A stretch of 64,000 nt of DNA from a virus (lineage: Duplodnaviria > Caudoviricetes), in IMG/VR virus record IMGVR_UViG_3300010355_000898, positions 160,001 to 224,000 of that record, one strand, 5' to 3'. This document shows positions 30,446 through 40,144 of the stretch, in pieces. Position 1 is the stretch's first letter. Every line of letters begins with the position of its first letter. The notes under the pieces are model-generated. The model worked only from the letters and a program-made list of their open reading frames with translations, searched no databases and was not told where the DNA came from. The position numbers and the translations under genes were made by a program.

Positions 30446-31234
30446 TCAAAATATTCCAAATTGACTATCAATCTTTAAGCGTCTATATGATTTTTTCAAA
30501 TTTTGCAATGTAGTTGTCAACTGCTTTGGTGTTAATCCAGATAGATCTCTCAAATATAACAACAATGCACTCTTATTCAACAGATCAATATTGTCAATGT
30601 TTTCAAATATTGTTATGATTGAATTGATGCAAACCAATTCATTTTCTGTTTTGGATTGATTTCTAACTTCATACATCATTTCAATAATGTTTGATGCAGT
30701 ATTTTTGCTCTCAACTATTACATCCTGAGAAGGAATTATTGAATAGTTTTCAATTGCACGTTGATCTGATAATGATAATGATTCACTGTCATCAATACTA
30801 ACGTTCTTTTTGACTTTTTGAGCACGTTGTTTTGTCTTTATGATCAGCCAATTTTTTGCAACAACGTTAAAATATGAAAATGCATTTGTTCCTCTTGTCG
30901 CATCAAATTTATTCAAAGTTTCAAAAAGAAAATTGACACAATCATCTCTCAAATCATTATATGTGTCATGAAGTGATGTGAATTTATGAATATTGATCAA
31001 ATTTTCAACCAACTTTACAAAAGCTGGCATAACATCTGTTACATAGATTGCATTCTTATCATTTATAGATTGTGTGCCCTGATATTTTACTATTGCAGCT
31101 TGTGTATCCTGATTAAAATACATTCTTGCTTGTCTTGCTTTTTCATCGCCATCTTTTCTTCTGCGACGTTTTTTTATTGGCTTCTGCTCAACATTAGTCA
31201 TTTGTTGTGTCGTTTTGATTTTCATCATTTTCAT
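30446..31234 (-). CDS. Phage late-transcription sigma factor (T4 gp55-like, region 2 only)
   Basis: YF...AIVKY, KLVENLI, DLRDDCVNFLFETLNKFDATRGTNAFSYFNVVAKN are sigma region-2 motifs. Confidence 0.7.
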   Translation of the reverse strand: MKMMKIKTTQQMTNVEQKPIKKRRRRKDGDEKARQARMYFNQDTQAAIVKYQGTQSINDKNAIYVTDVMPAFVKLVENLINIHKFTSLHDTYNDLRDDCVNFLFETLNKFDATRGTNAFSYFNVVAKNWLIIKTKQRAQKVKKNVSIDDSESLSLSDQRAIENYSIIPSQDVIVESKNTASNIIEMMYEVRNQSKTENELVCINSIITIFENIDNIDLLNKSALLLYLRDLSGLTPKQLTTTLQNLKKSYRRLKIDSQFGIF

Positions 31235-31520
31235 CACTTTCAACCATTAAATTTGCAACAAGCAATAGGGCATTTATTGATTGTTTCATTTCAAATATGA
31301 ATTTTTTCACAATTGGATCATCTATTAACACAGGTATTTGTGCCATTTCTGACAATATTCTGTATCTATCATTCAAAATATCAAGTGATTTTTCAGTCTG
31401 TTCTGTTACTTCTTCAAGTTTATCAAACAACATTTCAGATTTATGAAAAAACACATATGCAATCAATGATGCAGTGATTAACAAAATTGTTAACAGAATA
31501 ACAACATATATCATAACCAT
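31194..31520 (-). CDS. Small membrane protein (N-terminal TM plus coiled coil)
   Basis: IYVVILLTILLITASLIAYVFF hydrophobic helix. Confidence 0.7.
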   Translation of the reverse strand: MVMIYVVILLTILLITASLIAYVFFHKSEMLFDKLEEVTEQTEKSLDILNDRYRILSEMAQIPVLIDDPIVKKFIFEMKQSINALLLVANLMVESDENDENQNDTTND

Positions 31521-32653
31521 TTACTCAACTTTTCAGAATATTGTGTTTTGATTGCATCAATATTGTACTGCTCTCTAATTTTTTCACCCAATTGCATTGC
31601 CCATTCTTTGGGTATTTGTGGAGATTGTACAAACTTTTTTATTCTCTTTTTGAAATCTTCTTCAGATGCTTGGGCCCATTTAGCATTTGGCATAAACAAT
31701 TTTCCATCAATTCTTGTTTGGTGAATTTGTTGCAATTTGTAATCAATTTGAATGAACTTTCCAATGTTCAAAAATTCAGTATGGGCAGACCAATTTGTTG
31801 CAATTATTGGTAGATCGCATGCAGCGGCTTCCAATAGTGGTAATCCAAATCCTTCACCTCTTGTTAATGATACAAGTGCTTTAATTTTGGGATGTCGATA
31901 CAGGGCTCCAATTTCTTTCTCCGTAGTTGTTCCATGCAAAAGATGAATTTTTGGATATGGACCTTTTCTGACTTCTTTCAAGAGATTTTTGAATATGTTT
32001 GTTGTGATATTTTTGTCAATTTTTGTATTTCTTGATATGTTTGTTTTTATGACAATACCAACATTTGGATCATCACTGAATGTTTCACACATCCATTTTA
32101 ATGTATAGAAAATATTCTTTCTATCATTTTCTGGATTGTTTCCAGTTATTTGGCCAAACAACAAAAAATTGAACTCAGTGTCAATATTGAGATCAATTTT
32201 TGCATCATTATTCAAAATTTCATTTGGAAATGCTTCAGGAACTATTGAGCAATTTTCAACATTTCCAATGCTATTCATTGCATGCTTTGATGGAAAGATC
32301 ACATGATCCATTCTTTTACAATGATTTAACCAATCTGGATTTGAGATGTCTGTTTCAATTGCTGCCGTCAGTCCAATGTTTGTTGTTGCGATTGAATTAT
32401 CCCATTCATTTGGTAGTTGTAATTGTAATGAAACGTCAAATCCTTTCAAATTTGTTGATGATGCATCAAATATTTTTCCAATCATACCATCATACTGATT
32501 ACGATTTAAGATCCATGGTGTATCTCCCCATGGCATTATTTGAAATTTCACATCATATTTTTTTTCATCCAATAACCACTTTGCCACTTGACGACAATGT
32601 ACGCCATAACCAGACTGTGTCAATATTGGGCCACGTAAAAGTACACTTTTCAT
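31511..32653 (-). CDS. Glycosyltransferase, GT4-like (GT-B)
   Basis: SGYG N-terminal motif; RKN; TRGEGFGLPLLEAAACDLPII. Confidence 0.9.
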   Translation of the reverse strand: MKSVLLRGPILTQSGYGVHCRQVAKWLLDEKKYDVKFQIMPWGDTPWILNRNQYDGMIGKIFDASSTNLKGFDVSLQLQLPNEWDNSIATTNIGLTAAIETDISNPDWLNHCKRMDHVIFPSKHAMNSIGNVENCSIVPEAFPNEILNNDAKIDLNIDTEFNFLLFGQITGNNPENDRKNIFYTLKWMCETFSDDPNVGIVIKTNISRNTKIDKNITTNIFKNLLKEVRKGPYPKIHLLHGTTTEKEIGALYRHPKIKALVSLTRGEGFGLPLLEAAACDLPIIATNWSAHTEFLNIGKFIQIDYKLQQIHQTRIDGKLFMPNAKWAQASEEDFKKRIKKFVQSPQIPKEWAMQLGEKIREQYNIDAIKTQYSEKLSKWL

Positions 32654-33897
32654 ATTGAATTAACATTCCACCTTTTGATGTCAGAATTTTTCCAATCATT
32701 GATCAATTTTGTTAATGACATATCCCAATCATTGATTGTGTTTTTCATATTGAACTTTGTTTGTGCATTAATTTGTGCCAAATTACCAATTCTTTCTCGC
32801 TCACTCTGTGGTAATTTATACATTTTCATGATTGCGTCTGTTACTTTTTTATGTGAAACATAATCTTCATAAATGTATGGTATCATTTGATTTCCAACAA
32901 GTGATTTCACATCCGGTTCGAGTGCACAACCAAATTCTGTGCCTGTTTCATCATCAAATACTTGTTCTATCATTCCACCAGTTTTCACAGCAATCAATGG
33001 TTTTGCTGCCATTTTTGCTTCCAACAGTGACAATCCAAATCCTTCATTGAGTGAAACATTTATCACAACGTCACTCAAATTGTATATGACATTCATCTTT
33101 TGAAAATCAAGTCTTTCATTTGAAAAGACAACATTTTCATTCAATTTCAACTGATCAATTACTCTGTGTAAATTTGGACCTTCCTGATCAAAGGGATCAG
33201 TATGCATCAACAATGTTGCTTTTGAATGACCTTCAGAAATTTGCAATTGATCTATAAATTGACGCCATGAAACAAGCAAATCATTTGCTCTCTTTCTTCT
33301 TGCATTTCTTGACACAAACAGCACAATAAAATGATCAGCTCTATTTTGTCCCAAAAGCTGAATTTTATTCTGTCTATTCTGTTCTTGCGTTAATTGAAAA
33401 TAGAGTTCATTTGGAACAGCATGAGGTATATAACCAACATTGTGTGTTGGCATATTTTCTTTCAACATATTGAAAGTCTGTTTGTTGATGCAATTGATCA
33501 GATCACAACTTTCATACAACACTCTGTTGAATTCTGGCCAGGGTGGATTGTCCCAAAGATGGTTGTATGCTATTGGACACACAGAATGTATTTCATCTTC
33601 CATTTCAAAAATGTGGATAAAAAATCTTGGGTCCGTGAACAATAGAACACAATCTGGCTGTTCTGTAGCAATTGCGTGGCGAATAAGATCTCTGGTACCA
33701 AAACCATCGATTGGTTTTATGATGAAATCATCATTCACTGTGACAATATCATAATTGTCATGTTTAACAGCTGCACCAAAACATTTGAAATTGTACCTAC
33801 CAGTTTCAATCAACCCATTGATCAACCATCTTGCTTGTGTACCAACACCTGAGCTTGATAATGGGTGATCAGAAAACAATAGTATTTTGTTTTTCAT
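32650..33897 (-). CDS. Glycosyltransferase, GT4-like (GT-B)
   Basis: SRNARRK; SLNEGFGLSLLEAKMAAKPLI. Confidence 0.9.
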   Translation of the reverse strand: MKNKILLFSDHPLSSSGVGTQARWLINGLIETGRYNFKCFGAAVKHDNYDIVTVNDDFIIKPIDGFGTRDLIRHAIATEQPDCVLLFTDPRFFIHIFEMEDEIHSVCPIAYNHLWDNPPWPEFNRVLYESCDLINCINKQTFNMLKENMPTHNVGYIPHAVPNELYFQLTQEQNRQNKIQLLGQNRADHFIVLFVSRNARRKRANDLLVSWRQFIDQLQISEGHSKATLLMHTDPFDQEGPNLHRVIDQLKLNENVVFSNERLDFQKMNVIYNLSDVVINVSLNEGFGLSLLEAKMAAKPLIAVKTGGMIEQVFDDETGTEFGCALEPDVKSLVGNQMIPYIYEDYVSHKKVTDAIMKMYKLPQSERERIGNLAQINAQTKFNMKNTINDWDMSLTKLINDWKNSDIKRWNVNSI

Positions 33898-33944
33898 CAA
33901 AAATATAGTAACACAATCATATGTCTTGGTTAATAGTTAATGAT

Positions 33945-34172
33945 ATGAAACTTACTGAAGATGTGCTGCGTAAACTTATAAAAGAAGCATATGAAGATGA
34001 AGGAATTGATTTGACTGAAAAACTTCAAGGTGCAATTCTTGAAATTGAAGAAGATTTGTATGGTTATGGTGATCTTTTCAAAAGATATTCAGATGAAAAT
34101 GGATTACGTTTATATCAAGCATACCAATTACTTCTAAAACAATTTGAAGCTGTAAAATCTTGGGTTAAGTAA
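33945..34172 (+). CDS. Small protein MKLTEDVLRKLIKEAYEDE..., possible internal head protein
   Basis: ATAGTTA (33933-33939) 5 nt before ATG33945; opposite orientation to the cluster. Confidence 0.65.
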   Translation: MKLTEDVLRKLIKEAYEDEGIDLTEKLQGAILEIEEDLYGYGDLFKRYSDENGLRLYQAYQLLLKQFEAVKSWVK

Positions 34173-34177
34173 CAGTT

Positions 34178-34981
34178 TCATTTACACCATTCAGTATTTT
34201 TGAATTCACACCATTTACAGGCATTGCGATTTTTTAGAGCAATGCCTTTTTTTACGGCACTGATCATATTGTTGACAACTTTTATTGAACGTTCTGTTGT
34301 CAGATCACCAACAGATACTTTGATGAATTCACAACGTTTTCCCTGTTTTGCTACCTTTTTCAAGAGAAGAAATCCACATTGAATATCTTTTGGATCAATA
34401 TTCAATTTTTTTGAATAGAAATTTTTGTACAGGACCAATTGTGATTGGATCATTTTATCAGAACGTTTTTCAGCATTCCAACCCCAATTTGTTGTTTTGA
34501 AATCAATAATCCAATATTTCCACTTTTTTCCACTTTTTGTTGGAACCTTGATTATGCAATCAATAAAACCTTTGAATGCATGTTGTGGAAATTTTTCCAA
34601 TTGCTCATACAATTGGTGTTCTGCATCAACAGGTTGCCAATCAGGAAATGTTTCATTCAAATATTGAGGTAATTCCAACAATATTGCTTCAATATTTTCT
34701 AGGGCACTTGTGAGTGTTTCATGAGGATGAGCATGCTCGAGCCACAATTGCTTGAGCATATTTTGTGCAATGGTTACATCCATTGTTCCGGAATTCAAGA
34801 AATTTTCACACCCAGCATGTGCTGATGTACCAAAATCAAGAATTTCACTCGGTTTTTGATTGTCAATTTTTTCAATGTGATGCAATTTATGACGCCAACT
34901 GCATTCAGACCATTCTTTAACTTCTGAAAAACTTACATGAGGTTTTCCAGTTATTAGATTTTCAAATTGCAATTCAGACAT
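34178..34981 (-). CDS. PD-(D/E)XK nuclease, Cas4/AddB-like with 4-Cys cluster
   Basis: SFSE...C, GTSAH, KGFID, IIDFKT, QLVLY, C-terminal CKWC-x6-C. Confidence 0.85.
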   Translation of the reverse strand: MSELQFENLITGKPHVSFSEVKEWSECSWRHKLHHIEKIDNQKPSEILDFGTSAHAGCENFLNSGTMDVTIAQNMLKQLWLEHAHPHETLTSALENIEAILLELPQYLNETFPDWQPVDAEHQLYEQLEKFPQHAFKGFIDCIIKVPTKSGKKWKYWIIDFKTTNWGWNAEKRSDKMIQSQLVLYKNFYSKKLNIDPKDIQCGFLLLKKVAKQGKRCEFIKVSVGDLTTERSIKVVNNMISAVKKGIALKNRNACKWCEFKNTEWCK

Positions 34982-35994
34982 TAGCTTTTCTTTTCTGGCA
35001 CAATGAAATCAAATTGAAGTTGCTCACCAACGTTTTTGTTGTCTTCAATTTGACTAACCGCACGACCCTTCAGTTTTTCCCAATCTCTTTCAGGACGAAC
35101 TTCAAGATTTTTTTGCCATGCTGCGGACAACACTTTTGGATCAACACCAAGTTGTTTTGACAAAAAGATTAATGAATTCAAATCCTTAACAAAACATGAG
35201 CCAGCGAAACCAGGCAATAATCTACCGGTTCCATCATCTGCCGGCATTGGTCCTGGGACTTTCCAATGTGAATTACCCAATCGCTTATCAAGCGTTGCAA
35301 GCTCAACTATTCTATCATAGTCAATATCTTGACCGGTTTCAAGCAACTTTTCACAAACTTGATATATTTCATTTGCAAATGAAACCTTAACAGCTAAGAA
35401 ATTGTTGATCATATATTTCACCATCTCTGCATTAACTGCTGATGTTTTATGAATTGGAACTTGAGGAAATGCCAACATAAACAATTCTTTAACCTTATTG
35501 ATCCAAGGTCGTGGACCACCAAGAATGATCCTATCCTGATTTCTCATATCATTGAGTGCATTTGCTTCTGTAAGAAATTCAGGACAAAAAACTACATATA
35601 ATCCTTTGTCAACAAATTTTTTGTTCCAATTGTCAACACTTCCAGGTGTGACAGTTGATTTGATCACGGCAATACGTTCACCAGAAACTGATGCCAATTC
35701 TTCCAATGCACCATCGACAATTGACAAATCACAACTTCCATCCATTTTCATTGGCGTTGGAAGACATACAAAATAGATACCAGAAAAATTTGTTTCTCTA
35801 TTTTCAACAGTTTCGCACCTATCAATTAGGTTTGATATTGATGTTACATCACCTTTGTAATCAATTGGGATAGAACTACCTTCAACTCGCTTACCAGTTT
35901 TATCATATGTATAAACTGTTAAACCTCGTTCAGAAAGAACTGTCGTTAAAGATCCGCCAACAAAGCCTTGCCCAATTACTGCTACACTTGTCAT
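34981..35994 (-). CDS. UDP-glucose/GDP-mannose 6-dehydrogenase family, short form without C-terminal domain
   Basis: GQGFVG, VCLPTP, IKSTVTPG, PEFLTE, AEMVKY..N, GFAGSCFVKD (catalytic Cys). Confidence 0.9.
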   Translation of the reverse strand: MTSVAVIGQGFVGGSLTTVLSERGLTVYTYDKTGKRVEGSSIPIDYKGDVTSISNLIDRCETVENRETNFSGIYFVCLPTPMKMDGSCDLSIVDGALEELASVSGERIAVIKSTVTPGSVDNWNKKFVDKGLYVVFCPEFLTEANALNDMRNQDRIILGGPRPWINKVKELFMLAFPQVPIHKTSAVNAEMVKYMINNFLAVKVSFANEIYQVCEKLLETGQDIDYDRIVELATLDKRLGNSHWKVPGPMPADDGTGRLLPGFAGSCFVKDLNSLIFLSKQLGVDPKVLSAAWQKNLEVRPERDWEKLKGRAVSQIEDNKNVGEQLQFDFIVPEKKS

Positions 35995-36032
35995 ATTGAC
36001 ATATTTCAACAAAATTTATGATTGTTCAAAAA

Positions 36033-36770
36033 TCATAATCCAAACTTTGTCAAAAGAACCTGACCATAATCAACTTGTTCATCAGAATATGATCTGTCAT
36101 CTATGAACATTCTTCTATCCATTTTTATCAATTCTTTTTCTGAACAATTGAATTCAATTTCATTAATCTGATCAATCAATACATTGCATTCAATATCACT
36201 CTTATCAAGCGTTTTTGTTGGAAGATGATAATCATCAAACAGCATCAATTTATTGAAATGATGTTGTGTCAGTTCCCAATCAGTTTTTGTACCATTGTAT
36301 GTATGATCACCATCAATGTATATTAGATCATAATTGTCACAATTTTTCAAAGCATTGATTGAAATATCAGGGATGAACTCAATATTGAACCATTGACTTG
36401 GAAAAATTGTTTTGAGTGCATTGAGATGCTGCACAGTTTCTTGTGTTCCAAGATTTGGATCAACAGTTGTTATTCTGTAATCAACACCAAGATCATTGAA
36501 TGTTTTTGCAGCACAAAAAGTTGAATACCCTCTTCCAAAACCAATTTCAAGCATTGATTTGCAATTGTATTTTTTGATCAAATTGCTGATCAGAATACCT
36601 CTTTCATAATTTGATCTGTAGAACATCCCAGTTGTTTTGTATAATGGGTGTGTATTTGTTCTGTGCCTTTTTGCTGTAAATTCACCTATGAAATCAAAAT
36701 CACCCATATTGATTTCATCAATATTTACGCCAATATTTTTCAATTTTGTTTTGATATCAACAATCTTCAT
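36033..36770 (-). CDS. Class I SAM-dependent methyltransferase (Methyltransf_24-like)
   Basis: LEIGFGRGYS, YDLIYIDGDHTY, LFDDY. Confidence 0.85.
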   Translation of the reverse strand: MKIVDIKTKLKNIGVNIDEINMGDFDFIGEFTAKRHRTNTHPLYKTTGMFYRSNYERGILISNLIKKYNCKSMLEIGFGRGYSTFCAAKTFNDLGVDYRITTVDPNLGTQETVQHLNALKTIFPSQWFNIEFIPDISINALKNCDNYDLIYIDGDHTYNGTKTDWELTQHHFNKLMLFDDYHLPTKTLDKSDIECNVLIDQINEIEFNCSEKELIKMDRRMFIDDRSYSDEQVDYGQVLLTKFGL

Positions 36771-37678
36771 AATTCATCAATCAACTTTCTAAATTCATTA
36801 TAGCCCTGTGGTAATTTCAAAAAATCTACATTTGGAATGTGTGGTTTTGCCAATGTAACATCATCATTTATTGCCTCTTGTGGTAAAACTATGTCTGCAA
36901 TTCCAACGTTTCTTGAAACAACTGGAACATCAAGAAGTCCGCATTCAATTAGGGCTTGAGGTCCACCTTCAACTCTTGATGTTATTGGATACAAATTCAA
37001 CATCTGATACAGATCATTTATGACATTTTGTTCAGGACGTTCAAAATAGTGATATTCTATTCCAAGATCATCCAATTTTTTCATAACATATTGTCTTCTC
37101 CAACCTGCCAAAATTACTTCCAATTTGAATTCATTTTTTCCCAATTTCTGCAATTTATCACATGCTTTAATGAACAAATCTGGACCTTTTTCAAGTTTTG
37201 GAGAGGTCAAATCATTGCCCTCTGTATCTCTCTGAAATGAGCCAATCAAAAATACATCATTTGGTACATTGTACTTTTTTCGTAAATTGATAATGTCATC
37301 AGTTTTGTACCAAATTTTTTGATTTGCCCAAAATGGAATTGTAACAATCCTTTTTGTTGTCAATTTGCTGATGAATTCAGCAGTGTGGTGATTTGCAGCA
37401 TGATATACATCTGTTATGTCATCTCTCATCTGAAAATCATAACGTTCATTTGGGCCAAATTTTTCTGGGACGATGTGATGAATTGATGTTATCACTCTTT
37501 TCTGTTTCAGAAATTGATATGGCAATTCTTTCCAACGCCAATCTGATAATAACCATATAACATTAGCACTCATTGGATCTTTGACTGTTATGTCCTGATT
37601 ATCAATTGACCATTCATTAACAAATCTATCACAAATCCAATTTTCATTTGCTGGCAATAACCAAACTCTATTGTGCAT
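36767..37678 (-). CDS. Glycosyltransferase, GT4-like
   Basis: EKGPD; TSRVEGGPQALIECG. Confidence 0.85.
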   Translation of the reverse strand: MHNRVWLLPANENWICDRFVNEWSIDNQDITVKDPMSANVIWLLSDWRWKELPYQFLKQKRVITSIHHIVPEKFGPNERYDFQMRDDITDVYHAANHHTAEFISKLTTKRIVTIPFWANQKIWYKTDDIINLRKKYNVPNDVFLIGSFQRDTEGNDLTSPKLEKGPDLFIKACDKLQKLGKNEFKLEVILAGWRRQYVMKKLDDLGIEYHYFERPEQNVINDLYQMLNLYPITSRVEGGPQALIECGLLDVPVVSRNVGIADIVLPQEAINDDVTLAKPHIPNVDFLKLPQGYNEFRKLIDEL

Positions 37679-38603
37679 TCAGAACCTCATCAAAAAGTTT
37701 GATATACTGATCACAAACTCTATCCATTGAAATGTCATGATGTTTTCCCAAAGAATTTCTTTTTGGTAAATAACTCAATTGTTTTACATCAATTTGTGGT
37801 GGATTATCATAATCATACAATTCAAAATTGTATTTGACGCTATCATTAATGATCATACCATATTCATTCACCAATTCTTTTGTTCCACCAGTGTTTGAAC
37901 AGATGACTGGTAAATCCATACCCAGGGCCTCCACAATTACATTAGGACAATGGTCTGCCCAAGCTAAATGGATCATCCAATCTGATTGTGAATAAATGTT
38001 TAAGCAGTCTTGGTGAGGAATTGTACCAGTGTAATATACATGTGGATCATGTGCATTCACATATGGATTTGAACCCAAGATTATAAGACAACTGTTTTGA
38101 TATCCCAAATCATTTTTGATGTGCTGATAGCAATCAATATTTGCTTCAAGTCTTTTCTGACTGTGCCAATTTGATGAAGAAACAAATACAGTATCGTACT
38201 GTTTTCGTAATGATAGTTGTCCAAATTTGATATTTTCATCAGAAAGATCAATTCCATTGAGAATTGTTGAACACAATTTGTGTTTACCAAACCACTTTTC
38301 TGTCATCTGTTTATCAAAATCTGATTGAAATACACATGCATCAGTTGCATTGTATGTTTCAACAATGTTTCTATTCTTTAGATTGAATTCTTCAGGTTTA
38401 AACCAAATTCCATCAAGTCTTATTATGGACTTTTTTGCCAACCTATTTCCTGATTTTTCTATGAACACAAGAGACACATCTGCATTGTCTGAACTTTGCA
38501 ACACATGATGTCCCCTTTTGAAGAATGCTTTTGCTAAACGTAAAGCAAAACTGTTGGGCCCAGTTCTGCTGTTGAAATCAACATTGTCAAAATGAATATT
38601 CAT
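37668..38603 (-). CDS. Glycosyltransferase, GT4-like
   Basis: ILNGID; QKRL; DHCPNVIVEALGMDLPVICSNTGG. Confidence 0.85.
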   Translation of the reverse strand: MNIHFDNVDFNSRTGPNSFALRLAKAFFKRGHHVLQSSDNADVSLVFIEKSGNRLAKKSIIRLDGIWFKPEEFNLKNRNIVETYNATDACVFQSDFDKQMTEKWFGKHKLCSTILNGIDLSDENIKFGQLSLRKQYDTVFVSSSNWHSQKRLEANIDCYQHIKNDLGYQNSCLIILGSNPYVNAHDPHVYYTGTIPHQDCLNIYSQSDWMIHLAWADHCPNVIVEALGMDLPVICSNTGGTKELVNEYGMIINDSVKYNFELYDYDNPPQIDVKQLSYLPKRNSLGKHHDISMDRVCDQYIKLFDEVLNAQ

Positions 38604-38962
38604 GAACGTCTTTTAATTTCAATGATGAATTGTTCAGCAAATGGCGTACCATTAAAAATGGTTGCAAGCATTGCCAATTCTTTTGTTTCAATGTTTTTTG
38701 GATCAGCATATGCATCAAATATGTTTTCATCCAACAGATCACTATTATTGTTGATTTCTATACTCAAATAGAACATTTGAGAAATGAGGTTCATGGCTTC
38801 ATTTGTCAGTTCAATATTTGATCCTTTCATTACATCAACCATGGTATTGAAAATTTCACTGTATATTTGAATGCATAATGTTCTTGTTATTGGCTGTTCT
38901 GCTGTAATTTTTTTCAATTTTTCTGTCAACAATGTTGAAATTGATTTGAATACATTGTTCAT
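38600..38962 (-). CDS. Hypothetical protein, paralog of 38959..39333
   Basis: Collinear similarity along the whole length (see findings). Confidence 0.7.
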   Translation of the reverse strand: MNNVFKSISTLLTEKLKKITAEQPITRTLCIQIYSEIFNTMVDVMKGSNIELTNEAMNLISQMFYLSIEINNNSDLLDENIFDAYADPKNIETKELAMLATIFNGTPFAEQFIIEIKRRS

Positions 38963-39333
38963 GATAACATCTTTCTGCTGTTCAATTCTTCACTCAGATC
39001 ATCATACAACAATGTATTATTCAACAATTTTATCAATTGTTCAAGATCTTGTGTTTTCAGATCTTTTGTTGAATATTCATTCATCATAATCAATTCTGAA
39101 ATTTTCATTTCATTTATTTGCAAATTTTTGAAATACTTCATTGTTAACCACTTTATTGCAATGTCAGAAATGTACGTTTGATTGTTGATCAATGTGGCAG
39201 TTATTTCATTCTTGATTTCATTAAAGATTTTGTGCAGTGCAACATCTGGTTGCAAATTTTGTGTTGCAAGTTTTGAAACCTCTTGCTGCACAATGATTGG
39301 CAATGTTTTTTCGAGTGTTTGATTGAAAGTCAT
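38959..39333 (-). CDS. Hypothetical protein, paralog of 38600..38962
   Basis: Collinear similarity; own TGTACC-N17-TATAAA promoter. Confidence 0.7.
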   Translation of the reverse strand: MTFNQTLEKTLPIIVQQEVSKLATQNLQPDVALHKIFNEIKNEITATLINNQTYISDIAIKWLTMKYFKNLQINEMKISELIMMNEYSTKDLKTQDLEQLIKLLNNTLLYDDLSEELNSRKMLS

Positions 39334-39352
39334 ATCTAGATTTTATAGCATA

Positions 39353-40144
39353 ATGATTTACATTGGTACAACAATATCATCGACATTGGAAAGTAATAGT
39401 CAAGACTTTTTCAAATCTGTTGAAAAGAATGATCAACATCAACATTTTTGTTGTGCAATAAACATGAAAAATTTGAAAACATTCATCAATGATCACAAAT
39501 CATTCAATTTCATAAATCTTGACATCAAAAATGTTTCATCAAAATATTATGATGGTTGGCCTGAAAATAGACAAAATTTTGTTTCACTACAAACAGGTGA
39601 ATTTGTTGAATATATTGAATGCGATGATGATGACGTTGTCATTTTTTGTGATTATGATATCACAATGCAAAAGCCATTGACAAACGCACACATCGAAATG
39701 TTCTCATCAATTGATGAGAATACATTCCTTTTAGAATATGATCATTTTCCACCAATCATGTGTTTACATGATTATTGTTTGATGTTTAAACCAATCTGTG
39801 GTGATCAAAAAATATTTGAACTGTTTCCAGAAAATATGAAATCATTGCATGTATACAATGCAGGTGTCATTGTTGCAAAATTTGGTGCATGGAAAAAATT
39901 GTGGAAAAATGTTTCAAATGTTTATTGCAACATATCAAATTTTAGACATCATGGCGCAATCCAATTTTTATTGAACCATTGTATGCAAATTGATGGTTTA
40001 AGAATACAAAACTTACCATTTGATATTCATAATGCTTTTTGGTTCAATGGCACAAAAAGCTATGAAAAGAATAGAAAATTGCATATTGATGGAATACCTG
40101 TTGTGTTTTCACATCACAAATTTATGAAAACATATTCATTCTGA
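39353..40144 (+). CDS. GT-A fold nucleotide-sugar transferase (GT8/GT34-like), inverted in the cluster
   Basis: VIFCDYD (DxD), YNAGV, C-terminal HHK. Confidence 0.7.
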   Translation: MIYIGTTISSTLESNSQDFFKSVEKNDQHQHFCCAINMKNLKTFINDHKSFNFINLDIKNVSSKYYDGWPENRQNFVSLQTGEFVEYIECDDDDVVIFCDYDITMQKPLTNAHIEMFSSIDENTFLLEYDHFPPIMCLHDYCLMFKPICGDQKIFELFPENMKSLHVYNAGVIVAKFGAWKKLWKNVSNVYCNISNFRHHGAIQFLLNHCMQIDGLRIQNLPFDIHNAFWFNGTKSYEKNRKLHIDGIPVVFSHHKFMKTYSF

